A DNA stretch of 64,000 bases from an uncultured Bdellovibrionales bacterium (GCA_964436855.1 CAYTED010000001.1:135059-199058), one strand, 5' to 3'. Positions 27,520 through 37,790 are shown, numbered from the stretch's first letter. Notes: a model not told the origin generated them from the letters alone. Numbers and translations are program-made.

Positions 27520-30372
27520 TCAATTTCCGCCCCGTTTCGCAAGTAGAGCCTCAAAAACCTCCGGAAAATCCTCAAAAACCTTCCCGAGATGAAGCGTTTG
27601 TCCGGAACGGATTTTTGCAAGATCTCCGCTTGTGATCCCATATTCCCGAGCCAGTGTTTCTTTTGGAAGTTCAGAAAGTCGACTAACAGTATTCTCAACA
27701 AGCGTATTTAACTCTCCGGTGGTTATTCCCTCAAATCGTGAATCGGAAAGCATCATCTCTTTCAACCCCTTCCAGACCGATCCGCCAGAAGATACTTTGT
27801 ATTCATACGACACCGTATCAATCGCACTCGATACATCCGGAATGGTCGTCGGAGAGGTAATTTCTCCAACCGCCAATCGCGACCCTAATGCCGGTTCTGA
27901 AAACGAAGCGGGCTCGAGTCCAAGCGATTGTCGAAGAGACACTACCGCATCATCAAGCGATCGTAAAAAACTCTCGATTTTCGGAAACTCAAAATCGATC
28001 CGATCAAGCGCTGGTTTTACAATACCATCGGAAAAAAGCGCGCCCGCATACGAAAACGCGCCGGCGGTGAGCGCGCCAAGGGATGTTTTTTGCACAATAT
28101 GCAGCCATTTTGCGCGATCTATTCGATGTTTTCTTGTATCAAGCACCGAAGATACCCGGTCCGAAAGCGCCTTGCTTACCGATTGATTTCCGCTCGAGAG
28201 AATCACTTCCGCCCTCGAAAGTTCCTGCAAAAGTGAAAGTTGTCGCAAAAACTGCTCATCCCCATCACCAAAAGCAATCAATCCATCCACGAGTTTCCTC
28301 CGAGTATAATCCACCCGCGCCCGCAAACGCTCCCGCATATCTCCATGCAATCGCTCAAGCACCTTTGAATCCAAAAGAGACTTGTCTTCCCCGGCACTCT
28401 TGGAAACCTTCCGTCGAGCCGCCTCGGCACGAAATTTCATTTTCCGAAAAAGCGGGCTTTCCTTATCAATACTGAATTCTTTCTCGATAATTTTTCGTTC
28501 ATCTTCGAGTTTTCTGATCAGCGACTCGACAGAAACAAAATTTTTCTCATACTTTTTGGTTTCTTTTTCAGATCGCACTTTCCCTCCATATCGGGTTTCT
28601 ACGGCATTTTCCTTGAGTTGTTGATTTGCCCGCATACCGGAAAAAATCGCCCCGCATACCGCCGGAGCGGCAATCCAGCCAAGCGTCTCCTTCACCACGG
28701 ATCGCGCAAGGATACCAAAAGCAAAGTATCCCGCATGTTCACCAAAAACACCCGTCGAAATCCGTCGCCACAAACTTGGATTTTTCGACGCATAAAATCT
28801 CCGCTCAAGCTCGGAATCTTCCCCGACCATTCGTCGAAGCTCAATTTGCGTATCCGTTTCATTGATTGCCACCAAAACATCTTTCAGATCAATACCCGTC
28901 TCTTTTTTTCGCGCAATCACGGAAGAAAATGACTGGAGGAGTTGATCTCTTGATTTTTCGTATTCCTTCTTGTTCTGTTGATATAATTCCCGATGCTCTG
29001 CGCTCGCATCCGGAAACGACCACTCATACGGAATCTCGGAAAGTTTTCGAGCGGCGGTATTCAATGTTGCCGAAGCATCCCGAACAGCGTCATTGGTTTC
29101 CAGAGAAAATTCTTTTGCGGAGAGAGAAAAAAAATCCACATTGAGTTTCCCAGAAACTCCGAATGACGCATCCGGTCCGTTTTTTGTTTTCTCAAGCAAA
29201 TTTCTCAACACTTCGCCATGGCTTTCCATTCCGGCGCTTCGAAATTCTTGTACCGTAAGGCGTTTTGTTTTTTCCAAACGAGCCGATCGAGAAAACGAAA
29301 GCCAAATGCGCCGAAAAAAACCGTCCGCATTCGATTCTTCTTCCGTGATTTTCCGACGGGATTCGGCATCGAGCCTGCCAAGCGTCGCGTATCGCATATT
29401 TTCAAACAGAAGTCGCTTTTTCCCATCAGAAAGCTTTTGAAATTCCGGAAAAGAAGCGAGTTCTTCTTTTGAAATTCCAAACTCTTTTTGAAAGAACACA
29501 TTCGTCCGCTCGACCTCATTTTTTTGGATTTCGCTCGCATCACTCCGACGTTTTTTCTTATCCAGAGCCGCGAGTCGAGCAGCTTTTTCTTTTCGTTGCT
29601 CGTGCATCAGAAGCAATTTTTTCCGATCAGCCTGTATTGTTTCTTTCAAAGAAGCGCGCTCATCTTCAGAAGCACCCAAGCTCGGCAGACGAGAAAAAAC
29701 TCGCTGCAATAAATTTTGCTTTTGAGAAAACGAGTCTTCCAATTTCTTGAGTCGGCGTTTGTTTGACTCAATGTCATCCATGAGCGAAACAACATCTCGA
29801 TCAATCTGTTCAAGAGAAGACGCGAGCACATGCCGGCCTATGTCTTCGTTTTCTTCCTCCGAAAGAACGCTTTCTCCAGCACCTTCAGCAATATCTTGTT
29901 CCGCTTCCTGAATAATCTCTTCGGGTGTCTGTACTTTTTTCGGTGCTTCCGATTCGTGAGATTCCTCTTCCTCAGGAAAATTGTCATCAACCGTTTTTTC
30001 TTCTATGGGCTCACCGGAAGGCGAGTCATTTATTTCTTGAGCACGCTTCGAAGAACGCTGACGAGAGAGTCCTTGCTGTTTCAGTTCGTTGAACACACGC
30101 TGAACACCCTGAGGAGAAATCATTCCCGAAAGATCATCGAGAGAGACTATCGATTGGCCTGCAGACTCACCCTCACGATGAAAAACCATCGCCTTCACCG
30201 GAACAAGAGGATCTCGTTCATCACGATACACGGAAACATTGTTCCCGCTTTCCTTATCAACAAAAGAAAATAAAACGAGTTTTTCCCGTTTCTGATCTCC
30301 CTCCTGCACATGAGGATCCAAATTTCTCAAACGATGAACCAAATCATCTCTGTCCGGACTTTTTTGTTTCAT
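27520..30372 (-). CDS. Giant (950 aa) charged, coiled-coil-rich protein with predicted internal TM helices; unknown function
   Basis: Long acidic and coiled-coil stretches. Hydrophobic segments HAGYFAFGILARSVV...AAPAVCGAIFSG and TSLGALTAGAFSYAGALF. Weak LysM-like C-terminus (ETLAREYGITSGDLAKIRSGQTLHLG). Confidence 0.5.
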   Translation of the reverse strand: MKQKSPDRDDLVHRLRNLDPHVQEGDQKREKLVLFSFVDKESGNNVSVYRDERDPLVPVKAMVFHREGESAGQSIVSLDDLSGMISPQGVQRVFNELKQQGLSRQRSSKRAQEINDSPSGEPIEEKTVDDNFPEEEESHESEAPKKVQTPEEIIQEAEQDIAEGAGESVLSEEENEDIGRHVLASSLEQIDRDVVSLMDDIESNKRRLKKLEDSFSQKQNLLQRVFSRLPSLGASEDERASLKETIQADRKKLLLMHEQRKEKAARLAALDKKKRRSDASEIQKNEVERTNVFFQKEFGISKEELASFPEFQKLSDGKKRLLFENMRYATLGRLDAESRRKITEEESNADGFFRRIWLSFSRSARLEKTKRLTVQEFRSAGMESHGEVLRNLLEKTKNGPDASFGVSGKLNVDFFSLSAKEFSLETNDAVRDASATLNTAARKLSEIPYEWSFPDASAEHRELYQQNKKEYEKSRDQLLQSFSSVIARKKETGIDLKDVLVAINETDTQIELRRMVGEDSELERRFYASKNPSLWRRISTGVFGEHAGYFAFGILARSVVKETLGWIAAPAVCGAIFSGMRANQQLKENAVETRYGGKVRSEKETKKYEKNFVSVESLIRKLEDERKIIEKEFSIDKESPLFRKMKFRAEAARRKVSKSAGEDKSLLDSKVLERLHGDMRERLRARVDYTRRKLVDGLIAFGDGDEQFLRQLSLLQELSRAEVILSSGNQSVSKALSDRVSSVLDTRKHRIDRAKWLHIVQKTSLGALTAGAFSYAGALFSDGIVKPALDRIDFEFPKIESFLRSLDDAVVSLRQSLGLEPASFSEPALGSRLAVGEITSPTTIPDVSSAIDTVSYEYKVSSGGSVWKGLKEMMLSDSRFEGITTGELNTLVENTVSRLSELPKETLAREYGITSGDLAKIRSGQTLHLGKVFEDFPEVFEALLAKRGGN

Positions 30373-30375
30373 ACT

Positions 30376-30879
30376 TCAAGGCTGTGTATTCCTCTCCAGA
30401 GTAACAAAAGAGAATGCATACTGTCCATGATTCTTTTTTTCCTCAGTCGCAACAGGAGAAAAAAATGACTCATACTCGGGGAAAAAAGTATCGGCCTCAA
30501 ATAATCCTTCAACAAGCGTCAGGTACAGCCGATCGGCAAAAGGGAGCATCTGCCCATACACGCTCGCCCCACCACAAATAAAGACTTCGTCCTGCTCCAC
30601 TTCACGAGCCTTGAGAAGTGCCTCGTCGACCGAACGAACCACCACCACTCCTTCCGGAGAAAAATCCGGATCAAGCGAAAGCACGATATTTGTCCGATTG
30701 GGAAGCGGCTTGCCAATAGAGTGATACGTTTTCTCTCCCATGATAATCGCGTGCCCCGATGTCGTTTCTTTGAAATGCCGAAAATCTTCCGGAATATGCC
30801 ACAGAAGTTTATTCTGAAAGCCAATAGCCCGATCCTTCCTTGCGATCGCGGCGATCATGCTGATAACTGGTGTATTCAT
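30376..30879 (-). CDS. folA: Dihydrofolate reductase
   Basis: ISMIAAIARKDRAIGFQNKLLWHIPEDFRHFKETTSGHAIIMGEKTY and GGASVY motifs. Confidence 0.8.
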   Translation of the reverse strand: MNTPVISMIAAIARKDRAIGFQNKLLWHIPEDFRHFKETTSGHAIIMGEKTYHSIGKPLPNRTNIVLSLDPDFSPEGVVVVRSVDEALLKAREVEQDEVFICGGASVYGQMLPFADRLYLTLVEGLFEADTFFPEYESFFSPVATEEKKNHGQYAFSFVTLERNTQP

Positions 30880-30935
30880 TCTTTCTTTTTCATTTCAAAA
30901 AATCTTTGGCTTCTCCTCAGAAGAGTGTCCGCACA

Positions 30936-31853
30936 CTACACTGCAATCGGCGCTTTGATCGGTGAGTGTGATTCGTACCCCTCTAAAGTAAAGTCGTCAA
31001 GAGTAAAGCCAAAAATATCTTTCACCGCTGGATTGAGTTTGAGAGTCGGAAGTTTTTTTGGCTCACGCGCAAGCTGAGTTCGTACCTGATCAAAATGATT
31101 TTTATACAAATGCACATCACCACCCGTCCATACAAACTCTCCCGGGAGAAGATCACACACTTGCGCTATCATCATAGTCAAAAGCGAATAAGAAGCAATA
31201 TTGAACGGAACTCCAAGAAACGTATCACAACTTCGTTGATAGAGCTGACAAGAAAGTTTTCCGTTGGCGACAAAAAACTGAAACAAACAATGGCACGGAG
31301 GCAATCCCGACTTGGCCATTTCCTCAATATCCGCCACATTCCATGCTGACACAATCAGCCGTCTCGAATCCGGCGTTTGTTTGATTTGTTCAATTATCTG
31401 TGTAATCTGATCGATATGCCGACCATCCGGTGTCGGCCATGAGCGCCACTGATATCCGTAAATCGGACCGAGCTCTCCGTACTCTTTCGCAAATGCCTCA
31501 TCCGTCTTCACTCGATCGACAAATTCTTTGAGCCCCTTCGTCCACTCTTCCGATCCGGATGGCGGCACAGGCTGCCCCGTTTTCTCAAGATACCCTTTGT
31601 ATGGCCACTCATCCCAAATATGCACATCATTTTCCGCGAGGTATCGAAGATTCGAATCTCCCTTGAGAAACCACAAAAGCTCATGGATAATTGCCCGCAA
31701 GGCCATTTTTTTGGTCGTCAAAAGAGGAAACCCCTCGGAAAGATCAAAACGCATCTGATGGCCAAAGACCGCCCGTGTCCCCGTGCCGGTCCGATCGGTT
31801 TTATCGACGCCCTTTACCACGATATGCCAGAGAAGATCTTGGTATTGTTTCAT
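30936..31853 (-). CDS. thyA: Thymidylate synthase (ThyA) with a small-domain insertion
   Basis: [13 protein letters not shown], the active-site region [10 protein letters not shown] and the C-terminal GDVHLYKNH. 305 aa, like the long ThyA forms. Confidence 0.85.
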   Translation of the reverse strand: MKQYQDLLWHIVVKGVDKTDRTGTGTRAVFGHQMRFDLSEGFPLLTTKKMALRAIIHELLWFLKGDSNLRYLAENDVHIWDEWPYKGYLEKTGQPVPPSGSEEWTKGLKEFVDRVKTDEAFAKEYGELGPIYGYQWRSWPTPDGRHIDQITQIIEQIKQTPDSRRLIVSAWNVADIEEMAKSGLPPCHCLFQFFVANGKLSCQLYQRSCDTFLGVPFNIASYSLLTMMIAQVCDLLPGEFVWTGGDVHLYKNHFDQVRTQLAREPKKLPTLKLNPAVKDIFGFTLDDFTLEGYESHSPIKAPIAV

Positions 31854-31908
31854 ATATACTGTTTCAGATTATTGAGAGAAAAGGCAAACACCTGGTAGCA
31901 ACAATCGG

Positions 31909-32490
31909 TTATTTTTTCTTGAAATTCAAATGCATTTTCGATGCGACCGGCTTGGTATCCCCATAATATTTACTATTGAGTCCCTTGGATCCATACGGCC
32001 GCTCACACGGCGACGAAAGATACTCAAAGGCCATCTGACCGATCGGCATGCCGGCATACAGCTTTATCGGGAGCTTCCCCGCATTAAACAGTTCGAGCGT
32101 CATTTTGAGACGATTACCTGCATCCAGAAATCCGGCTGTCGTATGAATAATCAGCCCAAGCCGTCCAAGCGAGCTCTTCCCTTCCAGTCGTCCAACGATC
32201 TTGTCGGACACACCGGTCTCTTCAAGCAGTGTCCCGAGCGCAAACTCCCCCGGATGAAGCACAAACGCCTCATTTTTTTTGATCTCGATTTCCTTCATCA
32301 AGTTCTCCGCCGGAGACTTTGGGTCGATCACAAAATTTTGATTGATATTGAAAATAAGAAAGTGCTTATCAAGATGCACATCATAACTCGCCGGCTGAAC
32401 ACAGTCGCTCTTAAACGGCTTAATCGTGATTTCTTTGCTGCGAATCTCTTTTCGAATATCCCTGTCCGAAAGAATCATAGGCGTTCTCAA
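31909..32490 (-). CDS. dcd: dCTP deaminase
   Basis: MILSDRDIRKEI N-terminus and dUTPase-fold motifs. Confidence 0.75.
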   Translation of the reverse strand: MRTPMILSDRDIRKEIRSKEITIKPFKSDCVQPASYDVHLDKHFLIFNINQNFVIDPKSPAENLMKEIEIKKNEAFVLHPGEFALGTLLEETGVSDKIVGRLEGKSSLGRLGLIIHTTAGFLDAGNRLKMTLELFNAGKLPIKLYAGMPIGQMAFEYLSSPCERPYGSKGLNSKYYGDTKPVASKMHLNFKKK

Positions 32491-32580
32491 TAAATTAGCT
32501 CGCCCTCCTAAAGTATCCCCATCATACCAGATATATTTTCCCTACACAAAGCCATTTTTTGCAATAAACACCCACCCCTG

Positions 32581-33138
32581 TCAATGAAGAATGTTCGCCA
32601 TCACCGTATCGGTTGCGGCAAGAAGCTCCTCGAGCCCCCGATCATTTACGATTGTAAAATCCGCCTTCGCACCGATTTCCGGAATATGCACCTCGGTCGG
32701 AGCTTGTTCCAATCGTTGAAAATACTCAAAACTCTCACTGTCATCAGATTTTTCGCCTCGCTTATGCGCTCGTTCCCAACGCAATTTTTGAGGCGCCGTA
32801 ACATAAATCACGAAACTCGACTCAAACTGTTTAACAAAATCATAATCCTCCAAAAACCGGAGTCCGTTAACTGACACCAGCCCTTCCGCCGCCTCAATAT
32901 GTGGTTTGAGCGCCTTTCCAAGGATATCTTTTCCAAATCGCTCTTTCAGAAGCATCGCAAGCCACTGCTGATCATCTTTAGAAAACCGCTCGAAATAAAG
33001 CGAAAGCGTTTCTTTGATCGGATCAGCGAAACGCAGAAGATGCGCCTCGTAGCGTGTTTTCAAATAATGCGCGACCGTATCCTTTCCCGATCCTGTCTCT
33101 CCAACCAGACCGACAATCACTTTCTTTTTTCCATTCAT
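32581..33138 (-). CDS. P-loop kinase resembling phage T4 gp1-type dNMP kinase (paralog of 26909..27499)
   Basis: VIVGLVGETGSGKDTVAHYL P-loop. Same architecture as the other paralog. Confidence 0.45.
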   Translation of the reverse strand: MNGKKKVIVGLVGETGSGKDTVAHYLKTRYEAHLLRFADPIKETLSLYFERFSKDDQQWLAMLLKERFGKDILGKALKPHIEAAEGLVSVNGLRFLEDYDFVKQFESSFVIYVTAPQKLRWERAHKRGEKSDDSESFEYFQRLEQAPTEVHIPEIGAKADFTIVNDRGLEELLAATDTVMANILH

Positions 33139-33253
33139 GAATTTTCAGAATATGTTTTTAAAAAACACACACATTTTACCAATACCGCCGCGCATCGTCA
33201 AAACAAAATCGCGCCACTCAAAGAGCAACGCGATTTCTTATGCCAAGAAAAAT

Positions 33254-33961
33254 TTACAGAGCGACCCGAACACTCGGGCCCATCGTCGAGCAAACCGATA
33301 CGGAAACAATTAGCTTTCCCTTTACGGATGCCGGCTTCGCCTTTCCAACCGCATCAAGAAGCACATCGTAATTCTTCCGGAGCGATTCCGAAGAAAACGA
33401 AAGTTTCCCGATAATCTGATGAATACTTCCGCCGTCATCGCTCTTGAAACTCACTTTCTTTCCCTTCTTCATCATCTCGACCGTCTCGGCAATCTTCGGC
33501 GTAACGGTCTCCGTTTTTGGAGACGGCATCATTCCTCTCGGTCCGAGGATTTTCGCCGCCGGCGCAAGTTTCGGCATCATTTCCGGTGTCGCAAGCAGTA
33601 CGTCAAACTGCGCGCCCGGGACAAGCTTTCCGGATTTGATATCGTCGATCAATTCCTGTCCGCCGACAAGATCCGCGCCCGCGTCTTTCGCTTCTTTTTC
33701 TTTTGTCGAGGTAACAACCGCGACTCGCTTGGTCTTCCCGGTTCCTTCCGGAAGCGCAACCGTCGCGCGAACCTGTTGATCCGTTTTTTTCGGATCAATC
33801 GACAATCGGACATGAATCTCGACCGATTCGTCAAACTTCGCCACAGGCTTCGCCTGAAGAAGCGCCAACGCCTCTTCGAATGCGTATTCCTTTCCAATTT
33901 CGATCGTGTCCGCGATCGCGCGGTAATTCTTTCCGTGCTTCATATGATTTTTGTGGTTCAA
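33254..33961 (-). CDS. rplA: 50S ribosomal protein L1
   Basis: KFDESVEIHVRLSIDPKKTDQQVRATVALPEGTGK... Confidence 0.9.
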   Translation of the reverse strand: MNHKNHMKHGKNYRAIADTIEIGKEYAFEEALALLQAKPVAKFDESVEIHVRLSIDPKKTDQQVRATVALPEGTGKTKRVAVVTSTKEKEAKDAGADLVGGQELIDDIKSGKLVPGAQFDVLLATPEMMPKLAPAAKILGPRGMMPSPKTETVTPKIAETVEMMKKGKKVSFKSDDGGSIHQIIGKLSFSSESLRKNYDVLLDAVGKAKPASVKGKLIVSVSVCSTMGPSVRVAL

Positions 33962-34101
33962 GCGAGATCAAGCATCTCTCCCACCTCATTAAAAATAATT
34001 TTGAATTGAAAATTTTGAATTTCGAATCAATTCTCCAATGAACGAATTCCGATTTAAAAAAATTCAAAATTCATTCAAAATTGGAAATTCGAAATTAAAA
34101 A

Positions 34102-34524
34102 TTACTCTGTTACCCTAATCCCCATCGACCGCGCCGTTCCTTCGATAATTCGCATCGCCATTTCAACATCATGTGCGTTCAAATCGGTCATTTTCTTTTC
34201 CGCGATCTCTCTTACCTGCGCCTTCGTTACCGACCCGACTTTATTCTTGAGCGGATTTCCGGCGCCCTTCTCGACTTTCGCCGCCTTCTTCAAAAGCTCG
34301 GCCGCTGGCGGCGTTTTGAGAACAAAAGTAAACGTCCGGTCTTCGTACACGGTAATTTCCGCCGGCGTCACCTCTCCCATTCGATCCTTGGTCGCCTCGT
34401 TAAACTTCGTGCAAAAGTCCTGAATATTGAGCCCGTGCTGACCAAGCGCTGGACCAACCGGAGGAGCCGGATTTGCCCGCCCGCCCGGAATCTGCAATTT
34501 AATAACCGTTTTGATTGCTTTTGC
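34102..34524 (-). CDS. rplK: 50S ribosomal protein L11
   Basis: [35 protein letters not shown]... The listed ORF extends 19 codons upstream; the start at MAKA is preferred. Confidence 0.9.
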   Translation of the reverse strand, partial: AKAIKTVIKLQIPGGRANPAPPVGPALGQHGLNIQDFCTKFNEATKDRMGEVTPAEITVYEDRTFTFVLKTPPAAELLKKAAKVEKGAGNPLKNKVGSVTKAQVREIAEKKMTDLNAHDVEMAMRIIEGTARSMGIRVTE

Positions 34525-34676
34525 CATAATTCTTCTCGTAAATAATCCGATCTTACTCTCATTCATTTCAACATCCATCATTTCATCTTTCTCCTATCAA
34601 ACGAGAAGCACATTTGATCATTGAAAAATTTGAATATTGATTGGAAATTGAAAATTCGAAATTGAAAATTTTTTCT

Positions 34677-35222
34677 TTACACTTTCTTAATCTGGAGAAA
34701 ATCAAGTTCGACTGGCGTCTCGCGACCGAAAATCGAAACAAGTACTTTTACTTTTCCTTTTTCATCGTCAACTTCCTGAATCTTTCCTTCAAAGCTCTTG
34801 AATGGCCCGTCCATAATCTTCACTGGGTCATTGACGGCAACATCGATCTTGTATTTCGGCTCCTCAACACCCATCCGTTTCTTCAGACCATCGATTTCCT
34901 TCGGATCAATCGGGGTCGGCGTCGTTCCAAGACCGATAAATCCGGTTACATTTGGCGTATTGCGCACCACATACCACGACGCATCCGTTACAATCATATC
35001 GACAAGCACATACCCCGGATAGATTCGCTCTTCCACGGTCGTGCGCTTTCCGCCCTTGATTTTGATCTTTTTTTCCTTCGGGACCATTACGTCAAAAATA
35101 AGATCCTGCATATCCATCGACTCAATACGCTGTTTCAGATTGCGCGACACGTTATCCTCATACCCCGAATAGGTGTGAAGCACATACCAAGCGCGACCGT
35201 GATGCTGTGTTTGTTTCGCCAT
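34677..35222 (-). CDS. nusG: Transcription termination/antitermination factor NusG
   Basis: N-terminal NGN domain (WYVLHTYSGYE) and C-terminal KOW (VKIMDGPFKSFEGKIQEVD). Confidence 0.9.
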   Translation of the reverse strand: MAKQTQHHGRAWYVLHTYSGYEDNVSRNLKQRIESMDMQDLIFDVMVPKEKKIKIKGGKRTTVEERIYPGYVLVDMIVTDASWYVVRNTPNVTGFIGLGTTPTPIDPKEIDGLKKRMGVEEPKYKIDVAVNDPVKIMDGPFKSFEGKIQEVDDEKGKVKVLVSIFGRETPVELDFLQIKKV

Positions 35223-35237
35223 ATATCGATGAAAAAA

Positions 35238-35423
35238 TTAGCGAATAAAATATTCTTTAACCAAAAAACTGAATAACCAATCAAGCGTTCCAAGAAATGT
35301 CGCCACAACAATCGAAAGCACGATAACGGTCATCGTATACCGAAACACCTGGACACGATTCGGCCAGCTTACTTTTGCAAGCTCGATCCTCGCTTCTTTG
35401 AAAAAACCAAAAATCGCCCGCAT
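35238..35423 (-). CDS. secE: Preprotein translocase subunit SecE
   Basis: 61 aa with a single TM helix. KEARIELAKVSWPNR motif. Conserved position upstream of nusG. Confidence 0.75.
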   Translation of the reverse strand: MRAIFGFFKEARIELAKVSWPNRVQVFRYTMTVIVLSIVVATFLGTLDWLFSFLVKEYFIR

Positions 35424-35426
35424 ATA

Positions 35427-35624
35427 TCAAAACTTGAAAGAGCTGCCGGAGACTTGAGCGTCATTCGACTCGAATCGTTCCTGATAGGCGAAGAAGTGCA
35501 CCAAATCCGACAGTTCCGCGGTATTAAAAAAGCCCCGAGGGCCTATATTGAAAGAATAGTACTTCTTTCCCGTTTCGTCAACTTCAATGTAAAAACCTGA
35601 AGAGGCCCAAACACACAGCATCAA
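35427..35624 (-). CDS. Hypothetical small protein, not L33-like
   Basis: 65-aa ORF in the position normally held by rpmG/tRNA-Trp. No zinc ribbon and no L33 motifs. Confidence 0.3.
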   Translation of the reverse strand: MMLCVWASSGFYIEVDETGKKYYSFNIGPRGFFNTAELSDLVHFFAYQERFESNDAQVSGSSFKF

Positions 35625-35723
35625 ACAAAGCGCTCTTCCTAATTTTTAAAACGTAAACTTCTCTCTTGTGGATTTCGTGCCTTGTATTGTGTTTGATTTT
35701 CGCGCTTTCTGCCTTGTATTTTT

Positions 35724-36275
35724 CTATATCAGTTCCATTTCCTCGAAAAACACCCGATACAGACCCATCACGCGCTCCGCCTCGGACAGATCAATCTCAA
35801 ACGTTGCATCATTCACGATACGATTCCGAATTGAATGCGCCTCAAGGAGGGCCGAGAGCGTTTCAATATGCCCCGCGGGAATATTTGAAAGTCGCTCCCC
35901 CATATCCTTCCCGGTGTATCGCGACGATGCAAGAATCTTATCCGCAAGGGCATCCGCCTCAAGAATTGCCGCTTTGTACTGCGACGGATTACCACTTTCC
36001 AAACGACTGGCGATATTTCGAAAAAATCGTTCGCCGCCGGATTTCCCAAACCGCAACGGACGAAAGTCCGATCCGAGAAGATTCATTTTGAGATCGCGAC
36101 CGACTCCGCGAAGCGACAAAAGAATGACGATATCGATAAAAAGGACTACTACGTAAACGAGAAGTAAAAACTTGATCGTGCGCACAATGGCAAGATGATT
36201 CACCACTTCAAGCGTCATCGGTGCACCAAACAGAATCTGCGTGAGAATGCCGACAAAATCGATATCGGTATACAT
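35724..36275 (-). CDS. Membrane protein of unknown function
   Basis: One strong TM helix (LLLVYVVVLFIDIVILLSL); no recognisable motif. Confidence 0.4.
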   Translation of the reverse strand: MYTDIDFVGILTQILFGAPMTLEVVNHLAIVRTIKFLLLVYVVVLFIDIVILLSLRGVGRDLKMNLLGSDFRPLRFGKSGGERFFRNIASRLESGNPSQYKAAILEADALADKILASSRYTGKDMGERLSNIPAGHIETLSALLEAHSIRNRIVNDATFEIDLSEAERVMGLYRVFFEEMELI

Positions 36276-36298
36276 ACTGTTTTGTTTTTGAGAACCAT

Positions 36299-37753
36299 CT
36301 AAAGCGACTCAAATGCATCCGCGACTCGGAGCATTCCCTCTTCATCATACCACTTCGCCGAAAGCTGCCCGCCAATCGGAAGATGTTTCCCTTCTTCTTC
36401 GATCGTCCCTATTGGAAACGATATCGCCGGAATGCCGGAAAGATTCGCTGTTACGGTATAGATATCCGAAAGATACATTCGAAGCGGATCATCGGACTTT
36501 GCGCCAAACCGAAATGCCGCCTCCGGTGTCGTTGGCGAAAAGACAAAATCAATCTCCCGAAACGCTTTTTCAAAATCTTCCCGAACGAGTTTTCTCACCG
36601 CCTGTGCCTTCTTGTAATACGCGTCGTAATACCCCGCTGAAAGTGCGTAGGTCCCAAGCATAATTCGACGTTTCACTTCCGAACCGAATCCGTATTTTCT
36701 CGTATCAAGATAGGTTTCAAGAAGATTTCCAGACCCGGGAAGCGTTTCTTCCCGATCATTTATGGAAAGTCCGTACCGAATACCATCAAATCGAGCAAGA
36801 TTCGAACTAACCTCGCACGGCATCACAATATAGTATACCGGAAGCGCGTACTTCGAATGCGGTAAAGAAATGTCTCGTATCTCCGCGCCGAGTGATCGAA
36901 ACTTCGCAACTGCATCGTCAAATACTTTTCGCACGCACGGATCCAAGTCATCCGAAAGATACTCTTTGGGAATACCGATTTTTATACCAACAATATCCTT
37001 CGTAAGAAAACTCGTATAGTCCCGTCCATCGCTCTGTCCGGTGGTCGCGTCCTTTGTATCGCTGCCGGAAATCGTCGAAAGGACAATCGCTGCGTCTTCA
37101 ACCGTTTTCGTAAACGGCCCGATCTGATCCAAGCTCGACGCCATCGCCGAAACACCGTATCGAGAAACTCGTCCGTATGTCGGTTTCACCCCAACCAACC
37201 CGGTAAAAGCCGCCGGCTGTCGAATTGATCCTCCGGTATCCGATCCGAGCGCCCATACCGCCATATCTCCCGCGACTGCTGCTGCGGATCCGCCCGATGA
37301 ACCCCCGGGGACACGCTCCGGATCAACAGGATTTTTTGTTGGTCCATATGCACTCGATTCGGTCGACGATCCCATCGCAAACTCGTCCATATTCGTCTTC
37401 CCAAGGAGAATAGCATTCGATTCCTTCAGCTTCCGAATAACCGTCGCGTCATACGGCGAAATGTAATTATCGAGAATCTTTGAACCCGAAGTCGCCCGAA
37501 CGCCGGCAACGCAGATATTGTCTTTGATCGCCCCCGGAATACCGGCAAGCATTCCAATAGGCGCACCGCTCAAAATTTTCTCATCAACAAACGCCGCATC
37601 TCGAAGCGCGGACTCCTCAATGATCGTGAGATACGCATTCAAATGAGGATTTTTTTCCTGAATCGATCGCAGATACCCTGCTGTCAACTCGACGGCGGTG
37701 ATTTCCTTCCCGAGTAATTTTTGATGCAAATCGCGAATCATACTTTGATACAT
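36299..37753 (-). CDS. gatA: Glu-tRNA(Gln) amidotransferase subunit A
   Basis: Amidase signature GGSSGGSAAAVA and the catalytic Ser/Lys context. Confidence 0.9.
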   Translation of the reverse strand: MYQSMIRDLHQKLLGKEITAVELTAGYLRSIQEKNPHLNAYLTIIEESALRDAAFVDEKILSGAPIGMLAGIPGAIKDNICVAGVRATSGSKILDNYISPYDATVIRKLKESNAILLGKTNMDEFAMGSSTESSAYGPTKNPVDPERVPGGSSGGSAAAVAGDMAVWALGSDTGGSIRQPAAFTGLVGVKPTYGRVSRYGVSAMASSLDQIGPFTKTVEDAAIVLSTISGSDTKDATTGQSDGRDYTSFLTKDIVGIKIGIPKEYLSDDLDPCVRKVFDDAVAKFRSLGAEIRDISLPHSKYALPVYYIVMPCEVSSNLARFDGIRYGLSINDREETLPGSGNLLETYLDTRKYGFGSEVKRRIMLGTYALSAGYYDAYYKKAQAVRKLVREDFEKAFREIDFVFSPTTPEAAFRFGAKSDDPLRMYLSDIYTVTANLSGIPAISFPIGTIEEEGKHLPIGGQLSAKWYDEEGMLRVADAFESL

Positions 37754-37790
37754 CTTACATTCAAAATTTCAAATACATTTCGAATCGACA

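Noticed and set aside
35427-35624. Ribosomal protein L33 (expected upstream of secE)
   Set aside because: The 65-aa ORF has no zinc ribbon or L33 motifs. Kept only as a low-confidence hypothetical.
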